This document shows positions 1 through 12,459 of a DNA stretch of 64,000 nt, one piece after another (the stretch's first letter is position 1; each line of letters opens with the position of its first letter). The notes below the pieces were generated by a model. That model was not told the DNA's origin. It searched no databases and saw only the letters and a program-made list of their open reading frames with translations. The DNA is taken from NCBI GenBank assembly GCA_947478175.1, contig CANJUQ010000002.1, positions 49,758-113,757 of the forward strand, read 5' to 3'. This DNA is from Thiotrichales bacterium (GTDB lineage Bacteria; Pseudomonadota; Gammaproteobacteria; Francisellales; CACEW01). Both the position numbers and the translations under genes were made by a program.

Positions 1-86
1 CAGACCATTGGGTAATGGATGGCTCCTTACAGACCCAATTAAAAGAACTTGCGAAAGCACTGACACAGCAGCTTTCTCAGGCCTGA
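1..86 (+). CDS. atpH: ATP synthase F1 delta subunit, 3' end (partial)
   Basis: Frame from nt 3 reads DHWVMDGSLQTQLKELAKAL...TGA(84-86), typical of the delta C-terminus; lies directly upstream of atpA. Confidence 0.8.
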   Translation, partial: DHWVMDGSLQTQLKELAKALTQQLSQA

Positions 87-119
87 TAGAAATAGATAGA
101 AAATTAGAAAGGCAAAAAC

Positions 120-1658
120 ATGAACCAAAGCGCCCAAATTAGTCAGCTAATCAAAGAACGTATCGCTCACTTCGTCCCCACGCGAGAAGCTCGTGGAGAA
201 GGTGTTGTCATGAGCGCCCGTGATGGGATTATCCGAGTGAATGGTCTATTAGACGTCGCTTATGGCGAAATGGTTGAGCTCCCTGGCGACACTTACGGCT
301 TGGCGCTTAATCTTGAAAGAGATTCAGTCGGCATTGTTGTTTTGGGCAATGCGAATCATATTGTCGAAGGCCAAATTGCTAAGTGCACTGGAAAAATATT
401 ACAAGTCCCTGTTGGGCCTGGTTTACTCGGTCGTGTTGTAGACGCCCTAGGGAATCCCATTGATGGCAAAGGCCCGATCCAAGCGACGGAATATTCTCCC
501 ATTGAGAAAGTCGCACCGGGTGTTATCGCTCGTCAAAGCGTGGATCAGCCTGTTCAGACAGGCTTAAAGTCTATTGATGCTTTGGTGCCAATTGGACGTG
601 GTCAACGAGAATTAATTATTGGAGATCGCCAGACAGGCAAAACAGCCGTTGCGATTGACGCGATTATTAATCAAAAAAATACTGGCATTAAGTGCATCTA
701 CGTGGCGATTGGCCAGAAAGCATCGTCTGTCGCAAGTGTCGTTCATAAACTTGAAGAACATGGCGCCTTGGCTCATACCATCGTCGTGGTTGCGTCTGCT
801 GCAGAAGCGGCTGCGTTGCAATTTATTGCGCCTTATTCAGGTTGTGCGATGGGCGAATATTTTAGAGATCGTGGGGAAGACGCCCTGATTGTCTATGATG
901 ATTTAACCAAACAAGCCTGGGCTTATCGCCAAATTTCTTTATTACTGCGTCGCCCGCCCGGACGTGAAGCGTATCCTGGAGATGTTTTTTATCTGCATTC
1001 ACGTTTACTAGAACGCGCTTCCAGAGTTAACGCCGCCTATGTCGAAAAAATGACTAAAGGCGAAGTCGTTGGCAAGACAGGGTCTCTCACAGCGTTGCCC
1101 ATTATTGAAACTCAGGCAGGCGATCTTTCAGCCTTTATTCCCACTAACGTTATTTCGATTACAGACGGTCAGATATTTTTAGAATCTGGATTATTTAACT
1201 CAGGCATGCGTCCTGCTATTAACGCCGGCGCGTCAGTCTCTCGTGTCGGCGGTGCCGCTCAAACCAAATTGATTAAAAAATTAGGGGGCGGCGTCAAACT
1301 TTCATTGGCTCAATATCGAGAACTCGAAGCTTTTTCTCAGTTTGCGTCTGACCTAGATGACATCACGCGTCGTCAATTAGAAAAAGGCCAACGCATGATG
1401 GAAATCATGAAGCAAAAACAATATTCGCCTTTATCCATTGCTGAAATGGCTGCGTCTTTATTTGCCGTTGAGAAAAATTATCTAGATGACGTCGCAGTCA
1501 AAGACGTCATAAGTTTCGAAGCGGCTTTGCATGCTTATTTAAATCGCGTTCACAGTGCGCTCATAAGTAAATTAAATATCCAAGCTGTCTTAGATGCGGA
1601 CTCTGAAAAAATCTTAAAAGAAGCCATCGCTGAATTTAAAAAAACTCAGACTTGGTAA
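120..1658 (+). CDS. atpA: ATP synthase F1 alpha subunit
   Basis: GDRQTGKT Walker [22 protein letters not shown]; operon order. Confidence 0.99.
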   Translation: MNQSAQISQLIKERIAHFVPTREARGEGVVMSARDGIIRVNGLLDVAYGEMVELPGDTYGLALNLERDSVGIVVLGNANHIVEGQIAKCTGKILQVPVGPGLLGRVVDALGNPIDGKGPIQATEYSPIEKVAPGVIARQSVDQPVQTGLKSIDALVPIGRGQRELIIGDRQTGKTAVAIDAIINQKNTGIKCIYVAIGQKASSVASVVHKLEEHGALAHTIVVVASAAEAAALQFIAPYSGCAMGEYFRDRGEDALIVYDDLTKQAWAYRQISLLLRRPPGREAYPGDVFYLHSRLLERASRVNAAYVEKMTKGEVVGKTGSLTALPIIETQAGDLSAFIPTNVISITDGQIFLESGLFNSGMRPAINAGASVSRVGGAAQTKLIKKLGGGVKLSLAQYRELEAFSQFASDLDDITRRQLEKGQRMMEIMKQKQYSPLSIAEMAASLFAVEKNYLDDVAVKDVISFEAALHAYLNRVHSALISKLNIQAVLDADSEKILKEAIAEFKKTQTW

Positions 1659-1687
1659 AAAAAGATTGGGGAATGGGAAAGTAAATC

Positions 1688-2554
1688 ATGGGAACCGCCA
1701 AAGAAATTAAAGGCCGAATTCGAAGCATCAAGAACACGCAGAAAATCACGCGTGCAATGGAGATGATTGCGGCCAGCAAGCTTAAAAAAGCACGCGAGCG
1801 CATGGAAATGGCGAGGCCTTATGCTGCGTTGGCGCAGCAGGTGATTAGCCATGTCGCCAATGCCCATCCCGAATATAAACACCCCTATTTAATTCCCCGA
1901 GAAGTTAAACGAGTTGGATTTATTATTGTCTCGACGGATCGAGGCTTATGCGGTGGCTTAAATATCAATTTATTTAAGCGCGCTCTGAAAGAAATTAAAT
2001 TTTCTACCGATCAAAAAATCCAGGTAGATTTAGCGTTGATTGGCCAAAAATCTCAAAATTTTTTCAAACGGCTCAATCATGAGATTATTGCTTATGCGCA
2101 TCACTTAGGTGACAAGCCGACTGTCATGCAATTAATTGGCTCCGTTAAAATTATGCTAGATAGCTATGATGCCGGAAAAATAGACCGCTTATATTTAATC
2201 TCTAACGAATTCGTGAGTACTATTTCGCAAAAACCTTACTGTCAGCAAATTCTTCCCGTCATTCCAAAAATAGACAAAACCCTCTCTCATCATTGGGATT
2301 ATCTATATGAACCCGATGCAAAATCTTTATTAACTTTATTACTCAGACGTTATGTCGAATCCCAGGTATATGTCGGCGTGATTGAAAACATTGCGTGTGA
2401 GCATGCTTCTAAAATGCTCGCGATGCGAAATGCGACGGATAGTGCCCGTGATGTGATTAACTCGTTGCAATTGGCTTATAACAAAGCTCGACAAGCCATG
2501 ATTACGAAAGAGTTGGCGGAAATTTGCTCCGGGGCAGATGCCATAGAAAATTAA
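1688..2554 (+). CDS. atpG: ATP synthase F1 gamma subunit
   Basis: [36 protein letters not shown]. Confidence 0.99.
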   Translation: MGTAKEIKGRIRSIKNTQKITRAMEMIAASKLKKARERMEMARPYAALAQQVISHVANAHPEYKHPYLIPREVKRVGFIIVSTDRGLCGGLNINLFKRALKEIKFSTDQKIQVDLALIGQKSQNFFKRLNHEIIAYAHHLGDKPTVMQLIGSVKIMLDSYDAGKIDRLYLISNEFVSTISQKPYCQQILPVIPKIDKTLSHHWDYLYEPDAKSLLTLLLRRYVESQVYVGVIENIACEHASKMLAMRNATDSARDVINSLQLAYNKARQAMITKELAEICSGADAIEN

Positions 2555-2583
2555 AGATTAAAAAAATTAAAATTAAAAATTAA

Positions 2584-4038
<1,455 letters not shown>

Positions 4039-4077
4039 GATTTAAAATATTTAAAAAAATTAAAAGGCCTTCTGTTT

Positions 4078-4530
4078 ATGAATCATAAAATCACTCATCT
4101 CCAAGTGGATATTGTTTCTCCAGAGGGCTCTTTATTTTCTGGAAAAGCGACCGGGTTATTTCTTAAAAGTACTGAGGGCGAACTGGGTATCATGCCGGGA
4201 CACTTACAGCTATTAAGCCAAGTCGCGCCGTGTTCTTTACGCATGACCCATGATGACTCTGAAGAAACTCAAGAGACTTTGTTATTTGTGTCAGGGGGAA
4301 TTCTAGAAGTTCAGCCTCATGCCGTGACCATTTTGGCAGATACGGCTTTAAGACCTCAGGATGTTAACGAATCCGCGGCTAAACAAGCCCAAGAAGCCGC
4401 TCGTAAAGTCTTAGATGGTAAGAAAGCAACACCTCAAGATTTTCAAGAAGCTCAAGCAGTTTTATTAGACGCTATGGCCCGATTGCAAGTGATTGAGATG
4501 ATGCGGTTTAGGAAGCACGGCGGGCATTAA
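4078..4530 (+). CDS. atpC: ATP synthase F1 epsilon subunit
   Basis: VDIVSPEG, GELGIMPGH, SGGILEVQP..VTILAD. Confidence 0.97.
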   Translation: MNHKITHLQVDIVSPEGSLFSGKATGLFLKSTEGELGIMPGHLQLLSQVAPCSLRMTHDDSEETQETLLFVSGGILEVQPHAVTILADTALRPQDVNESAAKQAQEAARKVLDGKKATPQDFQEAQAVLLDAMARLQVIEMMRFRKHGGH

Positions 4531-4537
4531 GAAATTG

Positions 4538-4645
4538 TTCTTATTTTCGAATTTAGCGATTTTCGATAATAAGAAGGGAAATACTTACCAAAAGTGAGAA
4601 TAAGAAAGTCCGTTATTATCGATTTTTACAAAAAACGCTAATAAC
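4538..4645. repeat. Two related AT-rich inverted repeats between convergent atpC and metF
   Basis: TTCTTATTTTCGAA(4538-4551)/TTCGATAATAAGAA(4562-4575), 13/14 complementary; GTTATTATCGATTTTT(4612-4627)/AAAAAACGCTAATAAC(4630-4645), 14/16. Confidence 0.65.
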
Positions 4646-4706
4646 AGGCCCAGATAAACCCTAGTCAAATCAAACTAATTGCAACCGAAACTTGCGATTA
4701 GTTGTA

Positions 4707-5573
4707 CTAAACGCAGTTTCGATCGAAATTATAAATCTCCAAAATCCCCGCCGTCGCGGCATATTGATTCATGGTATAAAAATGCAACCCAGGCGCACCG
4801 CCCTGAATTAATTTCTCACAAAGTTTCGAAACCATTTCTTGACCAAAAGATCTTAAAGACTCCAGATCTCTTGGATTATTTTCATCGAATTTTTCTAATC
4901 TCTTACGAATCCATCTGGGAATCTCTGCCCCACAAGCATCAGAAAATCTGGCAATTTGGGAAAAATTTAAAATCGGCATAATGCCCGGAATAATGGGAAT
5001 ATTAATTTCATGTTTCTGACACTGATCTAGAAAATAAAAATAAGCGTCTGGGTTATAAAAATATTGGGTATACGCACAGTCTGCACCCGCTTGGGCTTTG
5101 TTTTTAAAATTTAAAAAATCTTGCTCTGGGGAAACACTTTGAGGGTGATATTCAGGATAAGCCGCGATGGCAATATGAAATTTATTGTTAAAATTTTCTT
5201 TAATAAAACTCACTAGCTCATTCGCATATTTTAATTCACCGACTTCTTGTGAACCCATGCCTGAAGGCACATCGCCTCTTAAACAGACTAAATGAGAAAC
5301 CCCTGAAGCTAAATAAGACTGGCAAAGCGCCAAAATATTTTCTCGCGTTGAATCAATACACGACAGATGCGCAGCGATGGGTTTATTAGTTTTAGATTGA
5401 ACAAGATTGACTGTTTCTAGTGTTTTTTGGCGCGTCGACCCTCCCGCCCCAAAAGTGACAGTAAAGCAGTCGGGATTAAAACTTAATAACTGCTCTGCCA
5501 CACCCTGTAATTTTTCTAGCCCTTCAGGCGTTCTAGGAGGGAAGAATTCAAAACTGAGATGGGAAGGTTTCAT
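4707..5573 (-). CDS. metF: 5,10-methylenetetrahydrofolate reductase
   Basis: LSFEFFPP, VTFGAGGST, AHLSC, LRGD, AYPEYHP, TQYF; start placed at ATG 5573 because the track extension overlaps ahcY. Confidence 0.96.
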   Translation of the reverse strand: MKPSHLSFEFFPPRTPEGLEKLQGVAEQLLSFNPDCFTVTFGAGGSTRQKTLETVNLVQSKTNKPIAAHLSCIDSTRENILALCQSYLASGVSHLVCLRGDVPSGMGSQEVGELKYANELVSFIKENFNNKFHIAIAAYPEYHPQSVSPEQDFLNFKNKAQAGADCAYTQYFYNPDAYFYFLDQCQKHEINIPIIPGIMPILNFSQIARFSDACGAEIPRWIRKRLEKFDENNPRDLESLRSFGQEMVSKLCEKLIQGGAPGLHFYTMNQYAATAGILEIYNFDRNCV

Positions 5574-5592
5574 GCTAACAGGCCCATTAATC

Positions 5593-6885
5593 TTAATACC
5601 GATAATGCTCTGGTTTATAGGGTCCATCGACGGCATAGCCAATATATTTAGCCTGTTTCTCTGTGAGCTTAGTCAGCTGCACGCCAATTTTACCCAAATG
5701 CAAGCGCGCAACTTTTTCGTCCAAATGCTTAGGCAGAACATAGACCTGGTGCTGATAGTGTGAACCCCGTGTCCAGAGCTCTAATTGGGCTAACACTTGA
5801 TTGGTAAAAGAAGCTGACATCACAAAACTAGGATGCCCTGTCGCACAGCCCAAATTAGCTAAACGACCTTCGGCTAATAAAATTATTCTTCTACCACTGG
5901 GGAAAATCACATGATCGACCTGGGGTTTGATATTTTCCCAGGGATAAGTTCTCAACGCAGCAACATCGATTTCATGATCAAAATGCCCAATGTTACAAAC
6001 AATGGCCTGGTCTTTCATTTTTAATAAATGCTCATGGGTAATCACACCGACATTCCCTGTCGTGGTAACAAAAATATCGCCATAAGCACAGGCATCGTCC
6101 ATTAAAACAACTCGGTAACCTTCCATCGCAGCTTGCAGTGCACAGATGGGGTCAATCTCCGTAATCATCACCGTCGAACCCATTGCACGAAGCGCTTGAG
6201 CCGCGCCTTTGCCCACGTCACCAAAGCCTAAAACAACAGAAATTTTTCCAGCGACCATGACATCCGTCGCTCTTTTTAAGCCATCTAACATGGACTCACG
6301 AATACCATATAAATTATCAAACTTAGATTTCGTCACAGAATCATTGACGTTAATCGCTGGGCATAACAATTTCCCAGCTTTATGCATTTCATACAGACGA
6401 TGAACACCCGTCGTGGTTTCTTCGGTTACACCTTTAATATTTTTCATGAGCGTTGGATATTTTTCATGAAGATGGACCGTCAAATCACCGCCATCATCCA
6501 AAATCATATTGGGAACCCAGTCATTGGGACCATGGATAGTCCTCTCGATACACCACATGTACTCTTCTTCTGTTTCGCCTTTCCAAGCAAAGACAGGAAC
6601 ACCGACTGCGGCAACCGCCGCGGCTGCATGGTCTTGCGTCGAGAAAATATTGCAAGAAGACCAACGAACTTCTGCGCCTAATACAATCAAAGTTTCAATC
6701 AACACAGCCGTCTGAATGGTCATATGTAAACAACCGGCAATTCTTGCCTCTTTCAAAGGCTTGCTATGACCAAACTCTTGGCGAAGAGCCATAAGACCTG
6801 GCATTTCTGTTTCAGCGATTTTAATCTCTTTGCGACCGAAGGCAGCCAGCTGAATATCGGCGACTTTATAATCTGTAAAACTCAC
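5593..6885 (-). CDS. ahcY: Adenosylhomocysteinase
   Basis: [38 protein letters not shown]; GTG start. Confidence 0.98.
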   Translation of the reverse strand: MSFTDYKVADIQLAAFGRKEIKIAETEMPGLMALRQEFGHSKPLKEARIAGCLHMTIQTAVLIETLIVLGAEVRWSSCNIFSTQDHAAAAVAAVGVPVFAWKGETEEEYMWCIERTIHGPNDWVPNMILDDGGDLTVHLHEKYPTLMKNIKGVTEETTTGVHRLYEMHKAGKLLCPAINVNDSVTKSKFDNLYGIRESMLDGLKRATDVMVAGKISVVLGFGDVGKGAAQALRAMGSTVMITEIDPICALQAAMEGYRVVLMDDACAYGDIFVTTTGNVGVITHEHLLKMKDQAIVCNIGHFDHEIDVAALRTYPWENIKPQVDHVIFPSGRRIILLAEGRLANLGCATGHPSFVMSASFTNQVLAQLELWTRGSHYQHQVYVLPKHLDEKVARLHLGKIGVQLTKLTEKQAKYIGYAVDGPYKPEHYRY

Positions 6886-6931
6886 GTTAATTTTTTCCTA
6901 TGGGTGATTTTGTAAGGACGTAATTAAATAA

Positions 6932-6955
6932 GGGCGCAATGAATTGGGCCCCTAC
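6932..6955 (-). repeat. GTAG-type REP-like palindrome
   Basis: Minus strand GTAGGGGCCCAATTCATTGCGCCC: GTAG followed by a GC-rich hairpin, between metK and ahcY. Confidence 0.6.
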
Positions 6956-6972
6956 AATTATTTTTTAAATTT

Positions 6973-8142
6973 TTAATTTCTTTTAGGCAACTTGGCCGAG
7001 TCTCTTAAAGCCGCTGCTTTATCAGTCCGCTCCCAAGAGAATTGCTCTTCCTCACGACCAAAATGACCATAAGCCGCTGTGGCTTGATAGATAGGTCTGA
7101 GCAAATCTAATTGCTTAATAATCATGCGAGGACGCAAATCAAAATATTCCCGCACCAGCATTTCTATCTGGCTATGAGGGATTTTATTGGTCCCAAAAGT
7201 TTCCAAGTGAATAGAAGTCGGCTGAGCAATCCCAATGGCATAAGAAATCTGAATTTCGCATTTATCAGCCAAGCCGGCTGCGACAATATTTTTCGCCACA
7301 TAACGACCCATATACGCGGCAGATCTATCCACTTTTGAGGGGTCTTTTCCTGAGAATGCCCCACCGCCATGACGAGACATACCACCGTAGGTATCCACAA
7401 TAATTTTACGACCCGTCAGACCGCAATCGCCTTGAGGTCCACCAATGACAAATTTACCCGTTGGGTTAATAAAATATTTAGTCACTCCTGATAACCATTC
7501 AACTGGAATCACTGGCTTAATAATTTCTTCAATCACCGCTTCTTTGAGCGTGTGATATTGAACGTCAGGAGAATGCTGCGTTGATATAACAATTGTATCG
7601 ACTTCAACGGGTTTGCCATTGACATATCGCATGGTCACTTGGCTTTTAGCATCGGGTCTTAACCAAGGTAAAGAACCACTTTTACGGACTTTCGCTTGTT
7701 GCTGCATCAGCCTGTGTGCATAGGTAATAGGCGCTGGCATTAAAACATTGGTTTCATTCGTTGCAAATCCAAACATGAGGCCCTGATCTCCAGCCCCTTG
7801 ATCACCGTCTTCACGGTCAACACCCATCGCAATGTCAGGAGACTGTTTACCAATACCGCTTAATACAGAACAAGAATGCCCATCGAACCCCATCGTCGGA
7901 TCGTTATAGCCAATATCTAAAATTACTTTTCTAACTAGGTCTTCAATATCCACCCAAGCACTCGTTGTAATCTCGCCGGCCACTAATGCTAAACCCGTCT
8001 TAACTAACGTTTCGCAAGCCACACGCGCTTTTTTATCTTGTTTCAAAATAGCGTCTAACACGGCATCAGAAATCTGATCGGCAACTTTGTCCGGATGACC
8101 TTCAGAAACAGACTCTGAAGTAAATAAATAAGAATCAGTCAT
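6973..8142 (-). CDS. metK: S-adenosylmethionine synthetase
   Basis: [28 protein letters not shown]. Confidence 0.99.
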   Translation of the reverse strand: MTDSYLFTSESVSEGHPDKVADQISDAVLDAILKQDKKARVACETLVKTGLALVAGEITTSAWVDIEDLVRKVILDIGYNDPTMGFDGHSCSVLSGIGKQSPDIAMGVDREDGDQGAGDQGLMFGFATNETNVLMPAPITYAHRLMQQQAKVRKSGSLPWLRPDAKSQVTMRYVNGKPVEVDTIVISTQHSPDVQYHTLKEAVIEEIIKPVIPVEWLSGVTKYFINPTGKFVIGGPQGDCGLTGRKIIVDTYGGMSRHGGGAFSGKDPSKVDRSAAYMGRYVAKNIVAAGLADKCEIQISYAIGIAQPTSIHLETFGTNKIPHSQIEMLVREYFDLRPRMIIKQLDLLRPIYQATAAYGHFGREEEQFSWERTDKAAALRDSAKLPKRN

Positions 8143-8292
8143 GCGTTCGAATCCTCTAAGTTAAACAACTTCAAAAATTAAAGGGCGCGATTCTAACGTA
8201 ACTAATCATCCAATTGCCAAGTGTTATTTCATCCGTGCAATTTGATTCAGCCAGCAAAATATGAATTTAAAAAGCTTAATTAATTGAAAAAA

Positions 8293-9786
8293 TCAGTCAA
8301 AGAAATCATCCAAAGTCACGACCCCACTAATGAGATCAACGCTGCTGCCATCCTCTTGCATCATAATCGGGCTACTTTTTAATCCATGTGCAGCAACCAT
8401 CGCCATAAACAATTGCTTCTTAGTCCCTGTTCTTTCTGAAAACACTTTCTTTTTGCGATTGAGCGCAATTGCATAATCCTTGGTGATAACAAATGGGTCT
8501 TTAGAATATTTGATTTCACAAAGCGTAATGGCGTCATCTCTACGATCAAACAACAGATCAATTTGCGCCCCACGTTCGCTCTCTCCTTTTTTAGGAATAT
8601 ATCGCCAACTATTAGCAATGGCCGTTGGAGAAATCCCTAATTTTTTTCTAATGGCTGATAAATGCTTATAGCAAATAGCTTCAAAAGCGTAACCACACCA
8701 AGAATTCCATGCAGGGGTATTCTGCAGTTCAAGCCAATTGCCCGGCTCAAGATCATGACTCTGTAAAGTTTCTTTGATGGGCTCAATCCATTGGAAGTAA
8801 AACAAGGTGTACTCATCAATAATCTTGTAATAAACCCCCTTCTTTTTATTAAAGTGCGGTTTAAAGCCCCTAATAAAATCAGCGTCTTCAAGTGCCTGCA
8901 ATTTGTCCAGACCGCCGGCCCCCTGAAGCGAGGCATCCAACTTATTAAGCAACTCATCTTGCCCAATACCCTCTCTTGTTTCTGCAATGATACGGAGGAT
9001 GTCTATGTACACTTGATAATCATCAAAGAGCGAAGAAAACAGCGTATTAAACTCGCTGAATAAAAGCCCATCTTGCGTGAAGGCTAAGTTTTCTATGATC
9101 TGCGCTGCAGACAATCCAGGTTTTATATTTAAAAGATAAAATGGCACCCCACCTGTCACCATGTACAGCTGAGTAATTTGCTCATCACTTAGGCTCACCC
9201 GATTGCTCTTTAAAAAAGTTTTAATCTCACGAAGCGTAAAGGGTCGAAGGTGTATTTTCCGTGTCGTTCGATTATGCAGGCCACCTTTATTATTAATAAT
9301 CTTTTTAATAATCCATGAAGAGGATGACCCACAGACGATTAACTTAATTTTTGGATTCATAGACCAATGCAAATTCCAGTAGTACTCAAGATTTTGTAGC
9401 AATTTTGAATTCCTAGTCTCCATCCAAGGCAACTCATCCAAAAAAATAACTAATTTATTTTCAGCCGAAGTCTTTAAAGACATTGCTTTTGTTAATAGGT
9501 CAAAAGCCTCATTCCAACTAGAGGGTTGGGTCAATGGCGCACCTCCATAAAAAACAGAGGCTATTTGAGTCGTAAAATTTTCCAATTGCATCGCCATGGT
9601 CCCTTTTCTCAGCCCCATCGCTTTAAAAAAAACTATCTTCTTTTTTCTCTCAAAGAATTCACGAATTAAGAATGTTTTTCCGATTCTTCTACGACCATAA
9701 ATAGTCAAAAGCTCAGACCTGTCAGAGGCCAACATTTCTTCTAACAAGGCCTTTTCTTGATCTCTGCATTGTATAATTTTATTCAT
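8293..9786 (-). CDS. AAA-type P-loop ATPase (archaeal-ATPase/ATPase_2-like) with winged-helix region and C-terminal PD-(D/E)XK-like domain
   Basis: GRRRIGKT Walker A, IFLDE Walker B, IVCGS, TGGVPFYL; C-terminal QIDLL...LCEIKY. Confidence 0.85.
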   Translation of the reverse strand: MNKIIQCRDQEKALLEEMLASDRSELLTIYGRRRIGKTFLIREFFERKKKIVFFKAMGLRKGTMAMQLENFTTQIASVFYGGAPLTQPSSWNEAFDLLTKAMSLKTSAENKLVIFLDELPWMETRNSKLLQNLEYYWNLHWSMNPKIKLIVCGSSSSWIIKKIINNKGGLHNRTTRKIHLRPFTLREIKTFLKSNRVSLSDEQITQLYMVTGGVPFYLLNIKPGLSAAQIIENLAFTQDGLLFSEFNTLFSSLFDDYQVYIDILRIIAETREGIGQDELLNKLDASLQGAGGLDKLQALEDADFIRGFKPHFNKKKGVYYKIIDEYTLFYFQWIEPIKETLQSHDLEPGNWLELQNTPAWNSWCGYAFEAICYKHLSAIRKKLGISPTAIANSWRYIPKKGESERGAQIDLLFDRRDDAITLCEIKYSKDPFVITKDYAIALNRKKKVFSERTGTKKQLFMAMVAAHGLKSSPIMMQEDGSSVDLISGVVTLDDFFD

Positions 9787-9832
9787 AAATCAAAATCTTA
9801 TTGTTTATAATTAATAACAATATTGTACGCCA

Positions 9833-9936
9833 AATCTGAATAATATTCAAAATATTTGACGTTATAATTCAACTTGGAAACAAGTTACAATCTGAATAAT
9901 CTTTCAATAATTTAGACAGTTTCTTCAACTTGGAAA
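9833..9936. repeat. Degenerate direct repeat with 56-bp period upstream of the ATPase gene
   Basis: AATCTGAATAAT at 9833 and 9889; TTCAACTTGGAAA at 9868 and 9924. Confidence 0.85.
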
Positions 9937-9943
9937 ATTAAAA

Positions 9944-10720
9944 TCAGCCTTTCAGCCCCAATCCTTTTCGCATACAAAATAAATTCAGCCAGAGCAAAAA
10001 AAGCATCACCCCTGTGATCACTCCAAAGGCGAGATAAATATTGCCATTAGAAATCCCCAGCATGCTGTATCTGAAAATATCGACAAAATAATAAATCGGA
10101 TTAAACAAAGACACTTGCTGCCAAAAATAGGGCAATTGCGACGTCGAATAAAAAACACCGGCTAGATAAATCAAAGGCGTCAAAACAAAAGTGGTCACAA
10201 TTGTCGTGTCATCAAAACTTCTGGAAAACATCGCATTTAAAAAGCCAGCCAAAGAAAATAAAAAACTGGCAATCAACATGGCTAAGATAAATAAAACCGG
10301 ATGCAGCATATGAATCCCCCCAAAGATGGCGCTGACAATAAAAGCAATCACGGCGATACATAAAGCCCTAGCAACACCGCCAGAACAATAGCCAATGACG
10401 ATCATCCAGTCCGGCATGGGAGAAACTAAAAGCTCTTCAATAGATCTCGTAAATTTCGCACTATAAAAAGAACTCACGACGTTCATATAAGCATTAATAA
10501 TCACCGGCATCATGATCAAACCCGGCGTAATAAAAACCACATATGAAAATCCATCCATGATTCCCACGCGACTCCCGATCACTCGACCAAAAATTAAAAA
10601 ATATAAAATCAAAGTAATAGCCGGGGGCAATAAAGTCTGAGGCCAGATTCTTAAAAATCTTTTGCATTCTTTTCTTAATAAACCCTGAAACCCAATCATG
10701 AGCATGGCAAAGTGGTTCAT
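9944..10720 (-). CDS. yadH: ABC-2 type transporter permease (YadH-like)
   Basis: RFLRIWPQTLLPPAIT, PGLIMM, IEELLVSP, LTPLIYLAGVFYS. Confidence 0.9.
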   Translation of the reverse strand: MNHFAMLMIGFQGLLRKECKRFLRIWPQTLLPPAITLILYFLIFGRVIGSRVGIMDGFSYVVFITPGLIMMPVIINAYMNVVSSFYSAKFTRSIEELLVSPMPDWMIVIGYCSGGVARALCIAVIAFIVSAIFGGIHMLHPVLFILAMLIASFLFSLAGFLNAMFSRSFDDTTIVTTFVLTPLIYLAGVFYSTSQLPYFWQQVSLFNPIYYFVDIFRYSMLGISNGNIYLAFGVITGVMLFLLWLNLFCMRKGLGLKG

Positions 10721-11631
10721 GATTTTTCTCCTGAGTTTTTTTCTGTCAGATGCATAAACAATTGTTCCAATCTGTTTGATTTATTTCTCACGCGATAGAT
10801 CACAAAGCCCTGGTCTTTTAATTCATCTATAAAAACTTGCAGGGGCTGCTCTTTTCTGATTTCTTTTTCTAAGATCTGGCGATCGCCTGTTTTAATATTT
10901 TCTATTTCAAGAATCACTGTCTCGAATTCCAGCTCTCTTAAAATTAAAGCCATCTCCGTGTCTATTAAAATCTTCCCCTGATCAATAATCGCAATTTTGT
11001 TACAGAGATTTTCAGCTTCTTCTAAATAATGCGTTGTTAAAATAATCGTCACGCCTTCTAGATTAATTTTCTTTAAAAATTTCCACATGGCCTGCCTGAT
11101 TTCAATATCTACACCCGCTGTTGGCTCGTCCAAAATTAAAATTTTGGGCTCGTGCATTAAAGCTCTTGCGATCATCATGCGGCGTTTCATGCCACCAGAA
11201 AGCTGCCTCGCTGAGACTTCTTTTTTATCTAGTAAATTCATCTGGGCTAATAAAACATCTGCTCTTTTTTTAGCTTGATGTAAGGGGATGCCATAGTACA
11301 AAGCCTGGTTAATTAAAATATCTTTGACTTTCTCAAACGCATTAAAATTAAACTCTTGCGGGACTACACCCACATGCATTTTGGCTTCAATTGGATTTTT
11401 CTCGAGATTAAAACCATTGATCAAAACCATCCCAGCGGTTTTTTTAATCAAAGAAGTAATAATTCCTATGGTCGTCGATTTCCCTGCGCCATTTTTTCCC
11501 AATAAAGCATAAAAATCGCCTGATTGAACCGTCAAATCAATGCCCTTGAGGGCTTGCAGGTCATTACGATAAGTTTTTTGTAAATTTTTAATTTCAAGAA
11601 CTGGGACTGGGACTGGGACTAAGACTGGCAT
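10717..11631 (-). CDS. yadG: ABC transporter ATP-binding protein (YadG-like)
   Basis: GKNGAGKST, LSGGMKRR, ILDEPTAGVD, NRLEQLF; 4-bp overlap with the permease. Confidence 0.9.
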   Translation of the reverse strand: MPVLVPVPVPVLEIKNLQKTYRNDLQALKGIDLTVQSGDFYALLGKNGAGKSTTIGIITSLIKKTAGMVLINGFNLEKNPIEAKMHVGVVPQEFNFNAFEKVKDILINQALYYGIPLHQAKKRADVLLAQMNLLDKKEVSARQLSGGMKRRMMIARALMHEPKILILDEPTAGVDIEIRQAMWKFLKKINLEGVTIILTTHYLEEAENLCNKIAIIDQGKILIDTEMALILRELEFETVILEIENIKTGDRQILEKEIRKEQPLQVFIDELKDQGFVIYRVRNKSNRLEQLFMHLTEKNSGEKS

Positions 11632-11781
11632 AGCGCTATAGAACCTTCAAAAAAACAAGAGCCAAAATAAGGACGGCGGATATTACACAAATAGCCCCCC
11701 AGGATCACGGGGACTTTTTGTTTAATTCACTCTACACTTTGCGCCTTCAAAAATTTTAAAAATCAATAACGGGCTTTCTTT

Positions 11782-12459
11782 ATGAACCTCGCTGTTCGCT
11801 ATGTTTTATTTACTTTCCCACCTGTATTACTAGCCACCCTGCTCTGTCTCTTATTTATTGATAAACCCACAGCTATCCGTACGGCCCAATGGGTTTCTGA
11901 AAAATCGATTTCTACAACACCAGCACTAATTTCAGGGGATCTTTTAAATTTATTAACAGAATTGGTTTATTTGGGCGTCACCTGTTGGATGGTTCTTTAT
12001 TTTTTCTTTAGGACCGCCGGAAAAAATTCAAAATTTTTAGACTGCTTAGCTTTCATGTCGCTAACTATGGCCGTTGCTTTTTTTATTAAATCCACTTTGC
12101 AACTTTTCTTTGGACGGTATGTTCCTCGCTATGCCGATAGCAATATTTTAATTTTTGTTCGCAATAAAAGTCTTTATGGTTTTCATTGGTTTCAAGCAGG
12201 GAGCTTTCCATCCGGACACATGTGTGTTTTTGGGGCAGGACTCACAGCACTGGTCCTGTTTTATCCAAAAACAAAACCCATCGCGATTCTGTTAGGACTG
12301 GGGCTCGCAATCACCATGGTCCTTCTAAATTACCACTTTGTGAGCGACGTCATTGCGGGAGGGTACATTGGAATAAGCCTGGCGTTAGCGATGGCATCCG
12401 TAGTGCTGAAGAGTGGAAAACAAACCCACCACTGCCCATCCCTGAAGGAAGAGGCGTAA
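11782..12459 (+). CDS. PAP2-family membrane phosphatase
   Basis: SFPSGH and HFVSDVIAG motifs, multiple hydrophobic segments. Confidence 0.9.
   Translation: MNLAVRYVLFTFPPVLLATLLCLLFIDKPTAIRTAQWVSEKSISTTPALISGDLLNLLTELVYLGVTCWMVLYFFFRTAGKNSKFLDCLAFMSLTMAVAFFIKSTLQLFFGRYVPRYADSNILIFVRNKSLYGFHWFQAGSFPSGHMCVFGAGLTALVLFYPKTKPIAILLGLGLAITMVLLNYHFVSDVIAGGYIGISLALAMASVVLKSGKQTHHCPSLKEEA

Noticed and set aside
5574-5642. N-terminal extension of metF
   Set aside because: Overlaps the ahcY 3' end; family similarity begins at MKPSHLSFEFF
6886-6972. SAH riboswitch upstream of ahcY
   Set aside because: The spacer is AT-rich and holds only a REP-like hairpin; no SAH riboswitch consensus recognised
9833-9936. 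Mini CRISPR array
   Set aside because: Only two units, the intervening sequences resemble each other, and there are no cas genes
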